Counted from the stretch's first letter, positions 37,118 to 50,454 are shown. The stretch is DNA of 64,000 nucleotides from Eledone cirrhosa (GCA_964016885.1 OZ024760.1:6882001-6946000); one strand, 5' to 3'. Notes: a model not told the origin generated them from the sequence alone. Program-made: numbers and translations.

Positions 37118-37425
37118 GGAGGCACCTGGCTTAGTGGTTAGAGCATTGGCCTTCAATTCTCAGACCGGGTGATGTGTTGTTTCCTTGAGCAAGACACTTT
37201 ATTTCACATTGCTCCAGTTTACTCATGATGAGATGATAGGGACTGGGGTCCCTATCATTCCACTGGTTGTGGAGGGGCCACAGCAAAAAAAGCACCCAGC
37301 ACTCACTGTAAATGAGGTTGGTGTTAGGAAGGGCATCCAGCTGTAGAAATCAAGCCAGAATCAGTTCCCGTCCCACCCTTGCAAGCAGGGAAAAGTGGAC
37401 ATAAAATGATGATGATGATGATGAT
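37118..37425 (+). mobile_element. tRNA-headed SINE (family A) with ~15-bp target-site duplication
   Basis: atatgggtgagtgtg flanks both ends; an extra head fragment lies at ~37037-37057. Confidence 0.88.
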
Positions 37426-37971
37426 ATGGGTGAGTGTGTGTACATATGTGTGTGTATATATGTATATGTGAGTATGTCTATATGTGAGAGTATGTCTATA
37501 TGTGAGAGAGTATGTCTATATGTGAGAGTGTATGTCTATATGAGGGTGTATATACATGTGAGTGTATGTCTATATGAGGGTGTATATACATGTGAGTATG
37601 TCTATATGAGGGTGTATATACATGTGAGAGTGTATGTCTCTATGAGTGTATGTATACATGTGAGAGTATGTCTATATGAGTGATGATGATGATGAGTGTA
37701 TATATATATGTGAGAGTATGTCTATATACATGTGAGTGTATGTCTATATGAGTGTATATCTATGTGTGTCTATATATGTGAGAGTATATGTCTATGAGAG
37801 TGTATGTCTATGTGTGAGTGTCTATATATGAGAGTGTATGTCTGTGTGAGTGTATGTCTATATGAGAGTGTATATACATGAGAGTGTATGTCTATATGAG
37901 AGTGTATATACATGTGAGTGTCTATATATGCGAGTGTATGTCTGTGTGAGTGTATATAACCAACAACTTAC

Positions 37972-38068
37972 CTAATTTAAGTGATCTACACAAGCTAGAG
38001 GTAATTAATATATACACCTCACTTCAACTAGAGCAATGATATATGAAGTAGGTTGGAAGGATATATTA
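37972..38068 (-). other. Candidate 5' UTR cassette exon
   Basis: 97-nt unique island among microsatellites with acceptor ttgtctcag| and donor TTAG|gtaagt; contains no ATG. Confidence 0.4.
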
Positions 38069-38670
38069 CTGAGACAATTTTAACAGAGTTATTATATACA
38101 CACACACATATATATATACATGTGTGTATATATATATATATACAGGTGTGTGTATATATATATACATACACGTGTGTGTATATATATATATATACACATG
38201 TGTGTGTATATATATATATATACACATGTGTGTGTATATATATATACATGTGTATACATACACATGTGTGTGTACATATATATATATATACATGTGTATA
38301 CATACACATGTGTGTGTGTATATATATATATATACATACACGTGTGTGTATATATACATGTGTATGTATGTGTGTGTATGTATATATATGTGTGTGTATG
38401 TATATATGTGTATGTATATGTGTATGTATGTGTATGTGTGTGTGTATGTGTGTATATATGTGTGTAACCAGTTATTTTCAAAATATTAAGAGTATTTGAA
38501 CATGTGTTTTATATATATATATATATATCAAACGTGGTTACATGTGTGTGTGTATGTATATATATATATATATATATAATCAGGTTTTACTGAGGGAGGG
38601 GGTAAAAATTAACAAGGAGTGGATATATATATAAAGATCTATACACACATATATATTTATATATATATTC

Positions 38671-38701
<31 letters not shown>

Positions 38702-38774
38702 CAAATATAGCTTCACATTTATAAATCTCAAGAAATCTATGTATTATATTATTAGTGTGTATGTATGTATGTAT

Positions 38775-38815
<41 letters not shown>

Positions 38816-38877
38816 GATACAAATCTAGACAGATACACACATCTATATATATATAAATCTATATCATATTACTGTTA

Positions 38878-38917
<40 letters not shown>

Positions 38918-39397
38918 GTATATGTAGATATATATATTATAAGTGTGTATATATTTGTAGGTAGGTACATATGTATATATACATATATAGATGCAAATGT
39001 AGATATATATATATAATATAAATCAATCTATATTATATATTAGTTAGTGTATGTATATATGTATATATCTTTAAGTAGATCTATATATATATATATATAT
39101 ATATATTAGTGTGTATACATTTGTAGGTAGGTACACATGTATGTATATATATATACATACACACATCTAGAGAGAGATATAAATATAGATACAGAGATAT
39201 ATAATATGTATAAATAAATCTATATTATATATTAGTTAGTGTATATATATCTTTATATGTAGATATATATTAGTGTGTATATATTTGTAGGTAGGTAGGT
39301 ACACATGTATGTAGTATGTATATATATATACATACATACACACATCTAGAGAGAGATATATAATATATATAAATAAATCTATATTATATACTAGTTA

Positions 39398-39459
<62 letters not shown>

Positions 39460-39634
39460 TTATATGTAGATGGATATATATATATATATATTATATTAGT
39501 GTGTATATATTTGTAGGTAGGTACACACATATGTATATATATACACACATACACACATCTAGAGAGAGATATAAATATAGCTACAGAGATATATAATATA
39601 TATAAATAAATCTATGTATTATATTACTGTATAT

Positions 39635-39679
<45 letters not shown>

Positions 39680-39704
39680 TCTGTTTGTTTGCAGTACTCG
39701 ATGA

Positions 39705-39716
39705 CAAAATGGCGGC
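39705..39716. promoter_or_regulatory. YY1 consensus site
   Basis: CAAAATGGCGGC within a small CpG-containing island surrounded by (TA)n, ~0.85 kb downstream of the inferred TSS. Confidence 0.6.
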
Positions 39717-40166
39717 CGTTTTAGTTCGGTCGTCGCCCTTCTCAAAGTAAATTTCTTAATTATTCATTCACATTCTCACACAAACGATCGTTTAAAAACC
39801 CCTTTTTTTTCAAGAAGGAGAAGAAGACTCCCGAATTAAAATAAATATATATTTATATAATATATATTATATATATATATATATATATACAGATATTTTT
39901 ACAAAATAAATAATATAACCTTTTGTTCAGTTAATGTGTATACATATATACACATACATATATATATATATATATATCAAATGATAATGTGTATGTATAT
40001 ATATTATATACCAACTGATAATGTGTGTGCGCGTGTATATGTGTGTGTGTATATATATATATATACCAACTGGTAATGTGTATGTATGTATATAGATTTA
40101 TATACAAACTGGTAATGTGTGTGTATATATATTTATATACCAACTGGTAGTGTGTGTATGAGTACA

Positions 40167-40214
<48 letters not shown>

Positions 40215-40256
40215 CAACTGGTTATGTGTATATATCATATGTATATATATCATATG

Positions 40257-40287
<31 letters not shown>

Positions 40288-40434
40288 GGAAAATATCAAA
40301 CAAACACTGGGCTATTTTAAATGTTACGAGAAAAAGAGAGGGGAGGTAATGGAGGGTTGGGTTGAAAATATTTGTTATTTTGATATATATTTATATATGT
40401 ATAATATAATAATATGGTTTGTTATTGTTGTTAC

Positions 40435-40555
40435 CTGTTCCAAAAAAAACTCCCCCTTGGACTCGAGATATATAATATATATTATATATATATTATTATT
40501 TTGTTTGTTGGTGTCTTCGTTTCAAGGATAAAGTAGGTTCACTTTAGACGATGAT
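40435..40555 (-). other. Probable non-coding first exon (5' UTR) of the ZFAND5/6-like gene
   Basis: Unique-sequence island beginning ~30 nt downstream of a minus-strand TATA box and ending at donor GAACAG|gtaaca (40435/40434). TSS position is estimated. Confidence 0.6.
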
Positions 40556-40576
40556 GGCACGGCTGGAAGAGTTTCA

Positions 40577-40617
40577 CTTATATAGGTCATGTGACGTTCA
40601 TTGACGGCTATTATTGG
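40577..40617 (-). promoter_or_regulatory. Core promoter cluster: CCAAT, two TGACG half-CREs, GTCACATGAC (CLEAR/M-box-like E-box), TATA
   Basis: Read on the minus strand in canonical order: CCAAT (40617-40613), TGACG sites on + at 40602 and 40592, GTCATGTGAC 40586-40595, CTATATAAG 40585-40577. Confidence 0.65.
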
Positions 40618-40699
40618 TAGAGACGAAAACGAGGCAAAGGCAGCTCACACAACGGGGTAAGTCCTACTTCTCCCTCTGCATGTATATCTTTCTCTCTAT

Positions 40700-43600
40700 C
40701 TCTCTTTGCCTCTCATTATGCCTTCTACACTATCTCTAGCCCCTCTTTTTTTTTCTTACGGTTTCTCTTAGACCGTCTCTCATTGTGGCTCTTACTCTTT
40801 TCCTCTCACTATGTCTCTTACGCCGTCTTTCATTATGACTCTTACTCTTTCCTTCTCACTAAGTCTCTCATTATGGCTCTTACTCTTTCGCTCTCACTAT
40901 ATCTTTTACGCTGTCTCTTACGTCGTCTCTCATTATGACTCTTACTCTTTTTCTCTCACAATGGTTCTTACTCTTTTCCTCTGACTAGGACTCTTACTCT
41001 TTCTCTCTTACTATGTCTCTTACTCTGTCTCTCATTATGACTCTTATTCTTTCCCTCTCATAATGACTCTTACTCTGTCTCACATTATGACTCTTACTCT
41101 TTCTCTCTCACTTTCCTCTCATTGTGTCTCTTGCTCTGTTTCTCTCTTTCCCTCTTATCATGACTCTTACTCTTTCTTTCTCTCACTCTTATTATGTCTC
41201 TTTCTTAGTCTTTCTCACTATTGTTGTCTTTCTTTTACAGTCTCCCTCTCTATCTAGCCCTCTTTTCACTCTGTCTCTCTCTTTTTATCTCTCTATCTCT
41301 GTTTCTATGTAAAAACCAAGACAGAGAAAGGTGAAATAATAAGAGAGAGAGGGGAAGATAAAGAGAAAGGAGAGAGTGAGTCATAGAGAGAGAATGGAAG
41401 ATAGAGAAAGATAAAGTAATGACATAGAAAGAGAGAGGAAGCGAGAGAAAGTATAAGGAGCAAGAGAGAAGATGGGAAAAATATATAGAAAGAGAGAGAG
41501 GGGGCTGATAGCTAGAGAGAGAGAGGGGCGGGGAGATAGACAGAGAGAGGGGGCGGGGAGATAGACAGAGAGAGTAAGAAAGAGAAAATATATGTATATA
41601 GAGAGAGAAGGCGGGGAGCTAGCTAGAGAGAGAGAAAGAGAAAAGATATATAGAGAGAGAGAGGGCGGGGAGAGAAAGAGAAAGATATATATATAGAGAG
41701 AGAGAGGGCGGGGAGCTAGCTAGAGAGAGAGAAAGAGAAAAGATATATATATAGAGAGAGGGCGGGGAGAGAAAGAGAAAGATATATATATATAGAGAGA
41801 GAGAGGACGGGGAGCTAGCTAGAGAGAGAGAAAGATATATATAGAGAGAGAGAGGGCGGGGAGAGAAAGAGAAAGATATATAGAGAGAGAGGGCGGGGAG
41901 CTAGCTAGAGAGAGAGAAAGAGAAAAGATATATATAGAGAGAGAGGGCGGGGAGAGAAAGAGAAAGATATATATAGAGAGAGAGAGGGCGGGGAGAGAAA
42001 GAGAAAGATATATATAGAGAGAGAGAGGGCGGGGAGAGAAAAAGAAAGAGAAACAGAAATGGGTGGGGGTAGATAGATAGTGAGAGAAAGAGGAAAGATA
42101 TATATATATGAGAGAGAGAGAGAAAAGATATATATATATGAGAGAGAGAGAGAAAAGATATATATATATAGAGAGAGAGGGGGAGAGGGTAGATAGATAA
42201 ATAGTGAGAGAAAGAGAAGATATATATATAGAGAGAGAGGGGGGTAGATAGATAGATAGTGAGAGAAAGAGAAGATAGATATATATAGAGAGAGAGAGTG
42301 GGGTAGATAGATAGATAGTGAGAGAAAGAGAAGATATATATATATAGAGAGAGAGAGTGGGGGTAGATAGATAGATAGTGAGAGAAAGAGAAGATATATA
42401 TATATAGAGAGAGAGAGGGGGTAGATAGATAGAGAGTGAGAGAAAGAGAAGATATATATAGAGAGAGGGGGGGTAGATAGATAGATAGTGAGAGAAAGAG
42501 AAGATATATATATATATAGAGAGAGAGGGGGTAGATAGATAGAGAGTGAGAGAAAGAGAAGATATATATAGAGAGGGGGGGGTAGATAGATAGATAGTGA
42601 GAGAAAGAGAAGATATATATAGAGAGAGAGGGGGGGGTAGATAGATAGTGAGAGAAAGAGAAGATATATTTATAGAGAGAGAGAGGGAGAGGGTAGATAG
42701 ATAGATAGTGAGAGAAAGAGAAGATATATATATAGAGAGAGAGAGGGAGAGGGTAGATAGATAGATAGTGAGAGAAAGAGAAGATATATATAGAGAGAGA
42801 GAGGGAGAGGGTAGATAGATAGATAGTGAGAGAAAGAGAAGATATATTTATAGAGAGAGAGAGGGAGAGGGTAGATAGATAGATAGTGAGAGAAAGAGAA
42901 GATATATATAGAGAGAGAGAGGGAGAGGGTAGATAGATAGATAGTGAGAGAAAGAGAAGATATATATATAGAGAGAGAGGGAGAGGGGGTAGATAGATAG
43001 TGAGAGAAAGAGAAGATTATATATAGAGAGAGAGGGGGATAGATAGATAGATAGTGAGAGAAAGAGAAGATATATATATAGAGAGAGAGGGGGGTAGATA
43101 GATAGATAGTGAGAGAAAGAGAAGATATATATATAGAGAGAGAGAGGGGGTAGACAGATAGTGAGAGAAAGAGAAGATATGTATAGAGAGAGAGGGGAGA
43201 TAGATAGATAGAGAGAAAGCACTGGTTATTTATTATTATAACATTATTTATTACATACATATACATAGCACAGAGCCGACTGACTGCACAACCTGTTAAC
43301 TATCACCCTCTCTTTCCCCCTCTCTCTCTCTGTTTCAATCACATAACACCCACCTCCCTCATGTATCTGTCTCTATCACTCTTTCTCTCTCTCTCTGTTT
43401 CAATCACATAACACTCTCCTCCCTCATGTATCTGTCTCTATCACTCTCTCTCTCTCTCTCTGTGTTTCAATCACATAACACTCTCCTCCCTCATGTATCT
43501 GCGTCTATCACTCTCTCTCTCTCTCCCTCTCAATCACATAACACTCTCCTCCCTCGTGTATCTGTGTCTATCACTCTCTCTCTCTCTCTATTTCAATCAC

Positions 43601-43830
43601 ATAACACCCACCTCCCTCATATAGCTGTCTCTCTCTCCATCTCTCTCTCTCTCTCATTCGTACTGACTGCACCACCATTTAACTATGTCCCTTTCCCTCT
43701 CTATCTCTCTCTCATCATATTACACCTACTTCCTTGGTCTCTCTCTCTTTTCTCTCTTATATCAACTATGACTGTCTGTCTCCATCTCACTCACTCTCTC
43801 TCAGTCTCTCTCTCTTAATGTCTGTTTGTC
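40700..43830. repeat. CT-rich / GA-rich / CT-rich compound minisatellite block
   Basis: tctcattatgactcttactc units (40770-41200); gagaaagagaagatatatagagagggggtagatagatagt-type units (41500-43220); ~65-bp caatcacataacactctcctccctcatg units (43330-43625). Confidence 0.88.
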
Positions 43831-45319
43831 TGTCTCCTTTAAACTCACGTTTTACCCTCCCTTACACACATTTCACACCATTTCACAATCACTTCACTTC
43901 GCCTCTCTCTCTGTAATAAGGTAACAGAATATTTGACTGAAGAGCTGAAATACCGGACATGGTACTTTACGCTAGTATGTACATGTACGCTATTTCTTCC
44001 GACCTCCTGCACTCTTCTGTTCAAATCCTGCCAATGGACCGACTTTGCCTTCCGTCCCTACTGGAGATTGATAAATAAAGACCCAGTCAAGTGCTGATGT
44101 CTTCTTCTTCTTCTCCTGTCTTCCCTCAATCGACCAAACGAAAGAAAAAATATGAAAAGGGTTTCTTCTTCTTCTTCTTCTTCTCCTCCTGTCTTTCCTC
44201 AATCGACCAAACGAAAGAAAAACTATGAAAAGGGTGTCCGAATCGTGACCCCCCACATTGATTCTTTCTTCGCCACTCCGTGGGGGATGGACACACAGAC
44301 ACAAACAAACACACAGACACACACCGATACACACAAATATATACAAAATAACAACAGGTCTTTCTCTCGCTCGCTTCATTACATTTTTCTCACAATTCAC
44401 AATTCACACTTTCCACATCAATTCCCATATGCAACTGACGAAACCAACAGGTGGGAGACCCAGGAGTAGACTCCGAGCAAGATGGTTGGGTAACGTCCAT
44501 GGGCTTGGCTAGTAAAACTTGGGGATCCAGCCGGATCAGTTAGAGACGGTCGCTTCTGACAGGACCCGCTGGAGGGAGTGTTTGAGGACTCTGCCCCCTC
44601 TCGACCTCCTCAGAAATAAGTGGGCGAAGAGGAAGAAGAAGAGAATAACTGACAATCAGTTTTATTTTTCTGGGGAAGGAGATTTACAAAAACTACCCTT
44701 TACCAGCTATATTATCCCCTACCTGTTGATCTATCTTAACCCGACCCCACCCTTAATGAACAGACGACGAATTGAATTTTGAAAATGTTATTTAGTTTGT
44801 GAAATATCGAATTTTGCAAAGCTAATCAGATATCGTCACAGTTCCTTAACATCTGAAATGCGATTCTCGCTAAATTATTTATTATATATATTATGGTAGT
44901 GAGACATGGGCAACAACTGCAGAGGATATGCGACGGCTGGAGAGAAATGAGGCAAGCATGCTCCGTTGGATGTGCAGTGTAAATGTGCGTGAACGACCCA
45001 GCATAAATGCGTTGAGAGAGAAACTGTCTGAGAGGGATAACATGTAGTGTACGAGAGAGGAGACTGAGGTGGTATAGACATGTGATGCGCATGGAGGATG
45101 ACCGATGGGTGAAGAAGTGCCAGGAATTGACAGTTGAAGGAAGGCGTGGTAGAGGTAGACCACGAAGAACATGGGCGGAGGTTGTGATAACAGACCTCAG
45201 ATCATTGAAGCTCACGGTGGAGATGACGAGGGACCGTGACGAGTGGAGAGATGCTGTGCTGAATAAGACCTGTCCCACCCTTGCAAGCAGGGAAAAGCGG
45301 ACGTAAAATGATGATGATG

Positions 45320-45360
<41 letters not shown>

Positions 45361-45445
45361 ATAATAATAAATGTGAAGACTAAAATCCAAAGAGGGCTCG
45401 ATAAGGATAAATATATATCAAATATATAAGAACCGTAGAGCAAAT

Positions 45446-45590
45446 ATTTATAAAAATAACAGATTAAAGTTTAAGCAAAGAATCGCTGCTTTCACCCTTA
45501 ACGGGGTCTTCTGAAACTGTTTCAGAAAATCCCGTTAAGGGTGAAAGCAACGATTCTTTGCTTAAACTTTAATCTGTTATTTTAATAAAT
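45446..45590. repeat. ~70-bp-arm inverted repeat; one arm recurs at ~17188-17256
   Basis: aaaataacagattaaagtttaagcaaagaatcgctgctttcacccttaacggg...cccgttaagggtgaaagcaacgattctttgcttaaactttaatctgttatttt. Confidence 0.88.
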
Positions 45591-46005
45591 ATATATATAT
45601 ATATAGAGAGAGAGAGAAAGAGAGAGAGGCCTTTCTTTGATTCGTCAAAGTGACAATATTAAAAAAATGAGAGGAACAATTCTTTTAAAAAAAGAGTTTT
45701 AAAATGTATAAAGTATTACCGGTTTCGATTTATTAGTAAAATTCATCTTATCAAATGTTGAGTATTACAATTAAAAAGAATTAATAAGGATTAAAAACTA
45801 AAAATTAAAGATTTAAAATGAAGTGTTGATGTAAGTTATTTTCATCTTCCTCGTTGAGAAGGAAACTGGAAAATAAATATATATATATATATATATAAAA
45901 TAAAAAAACGGAATTAAAGACTCGCGTTAATCCCCTGTAATTTAATGAGCTCGAGGAATAAATGCCGGGCTCTTCATAATACAATTTATAGAGAAGATAT
46001 GTATG

Positions 46006-46046
<41 letters not shown>

Positions 46047-46839
46047 AGGGCGGGTAAAATTCCCGAGATCCATGGACGAGTTCTCTCCAGCGGTCTCTGC
46101 CCCCTCATTATCGCTGCCATGTCCTGCGTCTCCAACAGACCAGTGTCTGTCCTTAGAGCATCAACATACATTAACCTTGGTCTTCATCTTCCAGTGTGTC
46201 CATGTAGGGGCTCCCACAGGAGCACTGAGTGCAATGTCAACTCTGGATGTCGGTGAGCAGGTCCAGCTAACCTCAGTCTCCTCTGTGTCACTTTTGAGCT
46301 GACTTTTGGGAGGCTCCCATACAGCTCTGAGTTTTTCATCCTTAGTGTATACTGATTAATGTTCAGAGCCATCCTCAGCATTCTCGTGTAGCACCCATCC
46401 ACCATCTGAGTATAAATATACACACACAGAAGGAGAGAAAATAAAACAAAAGTCAGAGATAGGTAGTTAATTAGTTCATTGTTTTACGATTGTTTCAAGG
46501 GGTTGATTGATCATGGTAGATCAATATCGATTAGTAGGTAGTGGTTACATCGCTATCTGTTTCTTGTATGTATAACTCCGACATAAAACCTGTGGCTCAG
46601 TAGTTACCAATAATGTTGATCTTTTTTTCTTTTGGAGTTATAGCTACTGTGGCTCAGAGAGTGGGATTGGCCCAGTGCACAATCTTTCCTCACTTTAAAA
46701 AAAATCTTCACACACAGGCATTGCATGATAACATTAATTGATAATTATTAATAATGTTATATCATGCAATGGCCATACTCGATAACGAAGGAGCAGCCAT
46801 TATCATATATATATGTCTGTATATATTTATATATATATA

Positions 46840-47425
46840 GCATCATCATCATCATCATCGTTTAACGTCTGTCTTCCATGCTAACATGGGTTAGACGGGT
46901 TTGTCCCATTTGAGGCAAGTTGGGTCGGGTGATCGTGTCTCGCTCGTATAGGACTGTTTCTCGCTGGTTTTCTATGGCTGCATGCCCTTCCTAACGCCAA
47001 CCACATTTACAGTGAGTACTGGGTGCTTTTTATCGTGTCTCTTACATGATCACTTTACAGCATGGACTGGAGGCTTTTTGTCGTGACACCTACACGACCT
47101 CTTTAATTTGGACTGGATATTCTGTGGTACCAACATAACTTTACAGAGAAAGGGTAGTGTGGGTGGAAGTGGGAGTGTTAAAACTAGTTATTTTGTCATT
47201 GTATCATCATCATCATCATTTCATTTTACGTCCATTTTTTCCCTGCTTGCAAGGGTGGGACGGGAACTGATTCTGGCTTGATTTCTACAGCTGGATGCCC
47301 TTCCTAACACCAACCTCATTTACAGTGAGTGCTGGGTGCTTTTTTGCCGTGGCACCTCCACGACCACTTTGCAGTGGAATGATAGGGACCCCAGTGGAAT
47401 GATAGGGACCTCAGTCCCTATCATC
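46840..47425 (-). mobile_element. RTE 3' module copy (46840-47170) plus 5'-truncated family A SINE (47203-47425)
   Basis: (CAT)n starts, gcccttcctaac(a/g)ccaac boxes and matches to the copies above. Confidence 0.8.
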
Positions 47426-47670
47426 TCTAGAGGGAGAGAGAGAGAGAGAGAGAGAGAAAAGATGAAGTTGGAAATAGCATGGGAGACACATTTAAGGGTC
47501 CATCCTTCTTTTTTGATTCGTCAAAGTGACACCAAGATGGAAGCTTTTCTGACAACTTTCTGAGGTTACACTCTCGCAATTCAATGCCACACACTGAAGT
47601 ATCAAGGACTCTAGTTGGTTAAGGTCCACCTGGTTTTTACTACACCCTATCTGATATATATATATATATA

Positions 47671-47716
<46 letters not shown>

Positions 47717-48337
47717 AATGTAACATTTTAAATATGTTAGAATTATGTGCTTCTCAATAAATTAGCTCAATAGACAATATCCTGAGCAATAATAAGTCAA
47801 AAGTAGAAGATATATATATATAGAGAGAGAGAGAGAGAAAGAACTATATATCCAGAGAAGACACAGTATATTGTACATATACTAAATACATATTACAGAG
47901 AACATGTACTAAAAATGGTATCAAAAGAGACCCTATGGCGCCATTTCATTAACTAAACTGTGATTTAAAATCGATCTATGTGAACAGATATTGATCACAA
48001 ACTATCGATTAGAAAACTCGTCAGGGGTATAGTCTTTAGCATTCTAATGGAAAAATAGAAGCAAAAAAAGTAGTATATAGAGCAATATACAGCAGATATC
48101 TGGAGAAAAGTTTAACACGCCACATCATATTGAAAAATGCATGGTACAGCTACTATGATGAGATCTACGACAATGTTTAAACCATAAGCAAGAGATATCA
48201 ACAAAAAGTGGACTTTATTCCACTAGAAATAAGAACAGAAATTATAGTGACATCAGCTCAACAAGTTAAGGATCCTGGAGCTGTATAAAACAGCTCCAGG
48301 ATCCTTAACATTAAATATGTTAGAATGATGTGCTTCT

Positions 48338-50291
48338 CGTCATCATCATCGTTTAACATCTATCTTCCACACTAGCATGGGTTAGATGGGAGTTGTCCCA
48401 CTTGAGGCAAAGATTGGTTGGGTGATGTGTCTCACTCGTATAGGACTATCTGGCAGGTTTTCTACAGTTGGATGCCCTTCCTAGCACCAACCACTATTAC
48501 AATGTGGACTGGGAAGTTTTTACTGTGTTACCTACACGGCCACATTACAGCGTTGACTGTGTGTTTGTCATGACACCTACACGGCCACATTACAGCGTTG
48601 ACTGTGTGTTTGTCGTGACACCTACACGGCCACATTACAGCGTTGACTGTGTGTTTGTCATGACACCTACACGGCCACATTACAGCGTTGACTGTGTGTT
48701 TGTCGTGACACCTACACGGCCACATTACAGCGTTGACTGTGTGTTTGTCATGACACCTACACGGCCACATTACAGCGTTGACTGTGTGTTTGTCGTGACA
48801 CCTACACGGCCACATTACAGCGTTGACTGTGTGTTTGTCGTGACACCTACACGGCCACATTACAGCGTTGACTGTGTGTTTGTCGTGACACCTACACGGC
48901 CACATTACAGCGTTGACTGTGTGTTTGTCGTGACACCTACACGGCCACATTACAGCGTTGACTGTGTGTTTGTCGTGACACCTACACGGCCACATTACAG
49001 CGTTGACTGTGTGTTTGTCGTGACACCTACACGGCCACATTACAGCGTTGACTGTGTGTTTGTCGTGACACCTACACGGCCACATTACAGCGTTGACTGT
49101 GTGTTTTTTTTTGTCATGACACCTACACAATCTCATTAGTTTGGACTTGATGTTGTGGTACCAACATAACTTTATAGAGAAAGGGTGGTGTTGGTGGGAG
49201 TGGGAGGGTGGAGTAGGGGGTAGTGGGTTGGGGGTGTATATTTGGTTAAGAGGTGCCTACTGACTGTAGGTTTCACTTTGTACATAGGCAAGGCGGATCT
49301 TCTGTATTACTGCGTGGCACCAAAGATCTCGGTCCGGTGACATTGTCTTAGAGAGGTGCAAGTGTGCAAGGTCGGAATTTACCATGTCGTCCCAGGTTTT
49401 TCTGGGTCTACCTACTCCGTAACTTCCATCAATTTTGATTGCCCTGCACTTTTTTATACAGCTGTCGTCTTTCATGCGTATCACGTGACCATACCAACGT
49501 AGTCTTCTCTCGAGTAGACAACATCTGATCCCTCTTATACCTAATTTCTCACTTAGTTCATTTATGTTTTGCTGTTCGTGTATATTATTATTACACATCC
49601 AATGGAGCATGCATGTTGCGTTCTCTGCGCAGGTCCTCTGCACACAATGCCCATGTCTCACTGCCATGTAACATTGCTGTTCGTATACAAGCATCATACA
49701 ATATGCCTTTCATTTTTAGAGAGAAACCTTTTGTGGCCAACAGCGGTATAAGCTCTCTGAACTTTTTCCATCCCGTTCTAACTCTGGCTACTGTACTTTC
49801 AGAGCACCCTCCACTACTGCTGATTTTGTCACCCAGGTAACAGAAGGTGTCCACTATTTCTATAGAGCCATCTGGGCAATAGAAGGAGCTAGTATCCAGT
49901 GGGCACTTGATACTTATTCCACCTGAGTGAGTATCAGCCACATATAAAATTTACGTTCTTAGATAGCTTGCCTGAGATCCCACTACATCTTTTATGTACC
50001 CATAGTTTGCATTTGGGACATAAAATGAAATTTTTACCTACTCCTTTCCTACATACTGAGCATGGCCACTTCCCAGAGGGGACTTGTGCCCTATTTTCCT
50101 TCCTACATACTATAACTTTAGTCTTAGACAAGTTAACTTTAAGGCCTTTTGATTCTAGGCCATGCTTCCATGTTTGGAATTTCTTTTCTAGTTCAGCCAT
50201 AGATTCAACTATGAGAGTTAGATCATCTTCATATAGAAGTTCCCATGGGCAGCCGATCTTAAACTCCTCTGTTATAGCCTGAAGGGCAATA
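48338..50291 (-). mobile_element. 5'-truncated RTE LINE with long 3' UTR containing a 45-bp array (48531-49130, 13 copies)
   Basis: Minus-strand fragments ELEKKFQTWKHGLESKGLKVNLSKTK, GWKKFRELIPLL and RRLRWYGHV with frameshifts; array unit cacattacagcgttgactgtgtgtttgtcgtgacacctacacggc. Confidence 0.92.
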
Positions 50292-50454
50292 ATAACTCTC
50301 CTCTCCTCTCACCCCCTCTATCCTCTTCTCTTCTCTCACCCCCTCTATCCTCTCATCTCCTAGAATGTTTTTTTTTGGCAAGAGTTCAAAACTAAGTCTA
50401 TCATTGTTTCACCTAGGGTGGGGATAGAACCAGATCAAAGATCATATAGGCATG

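Larger units (their letters stand above)
34560..40285. repeat. Dense (TA)n/(TG)n/(GA)n microsatellite field (putative intron 1)
   Basis: Long dinucleotide runs and derived short units interspersed with SINEs and small unique islands. Confidence 0.9.

Noticed and set aside
39681-39750. Plus-strand micro-exon starting ATGGCGGCC
   Set aside because: The frame stops after 13 codons and the donor is weak; better explained as a YY1 motif.
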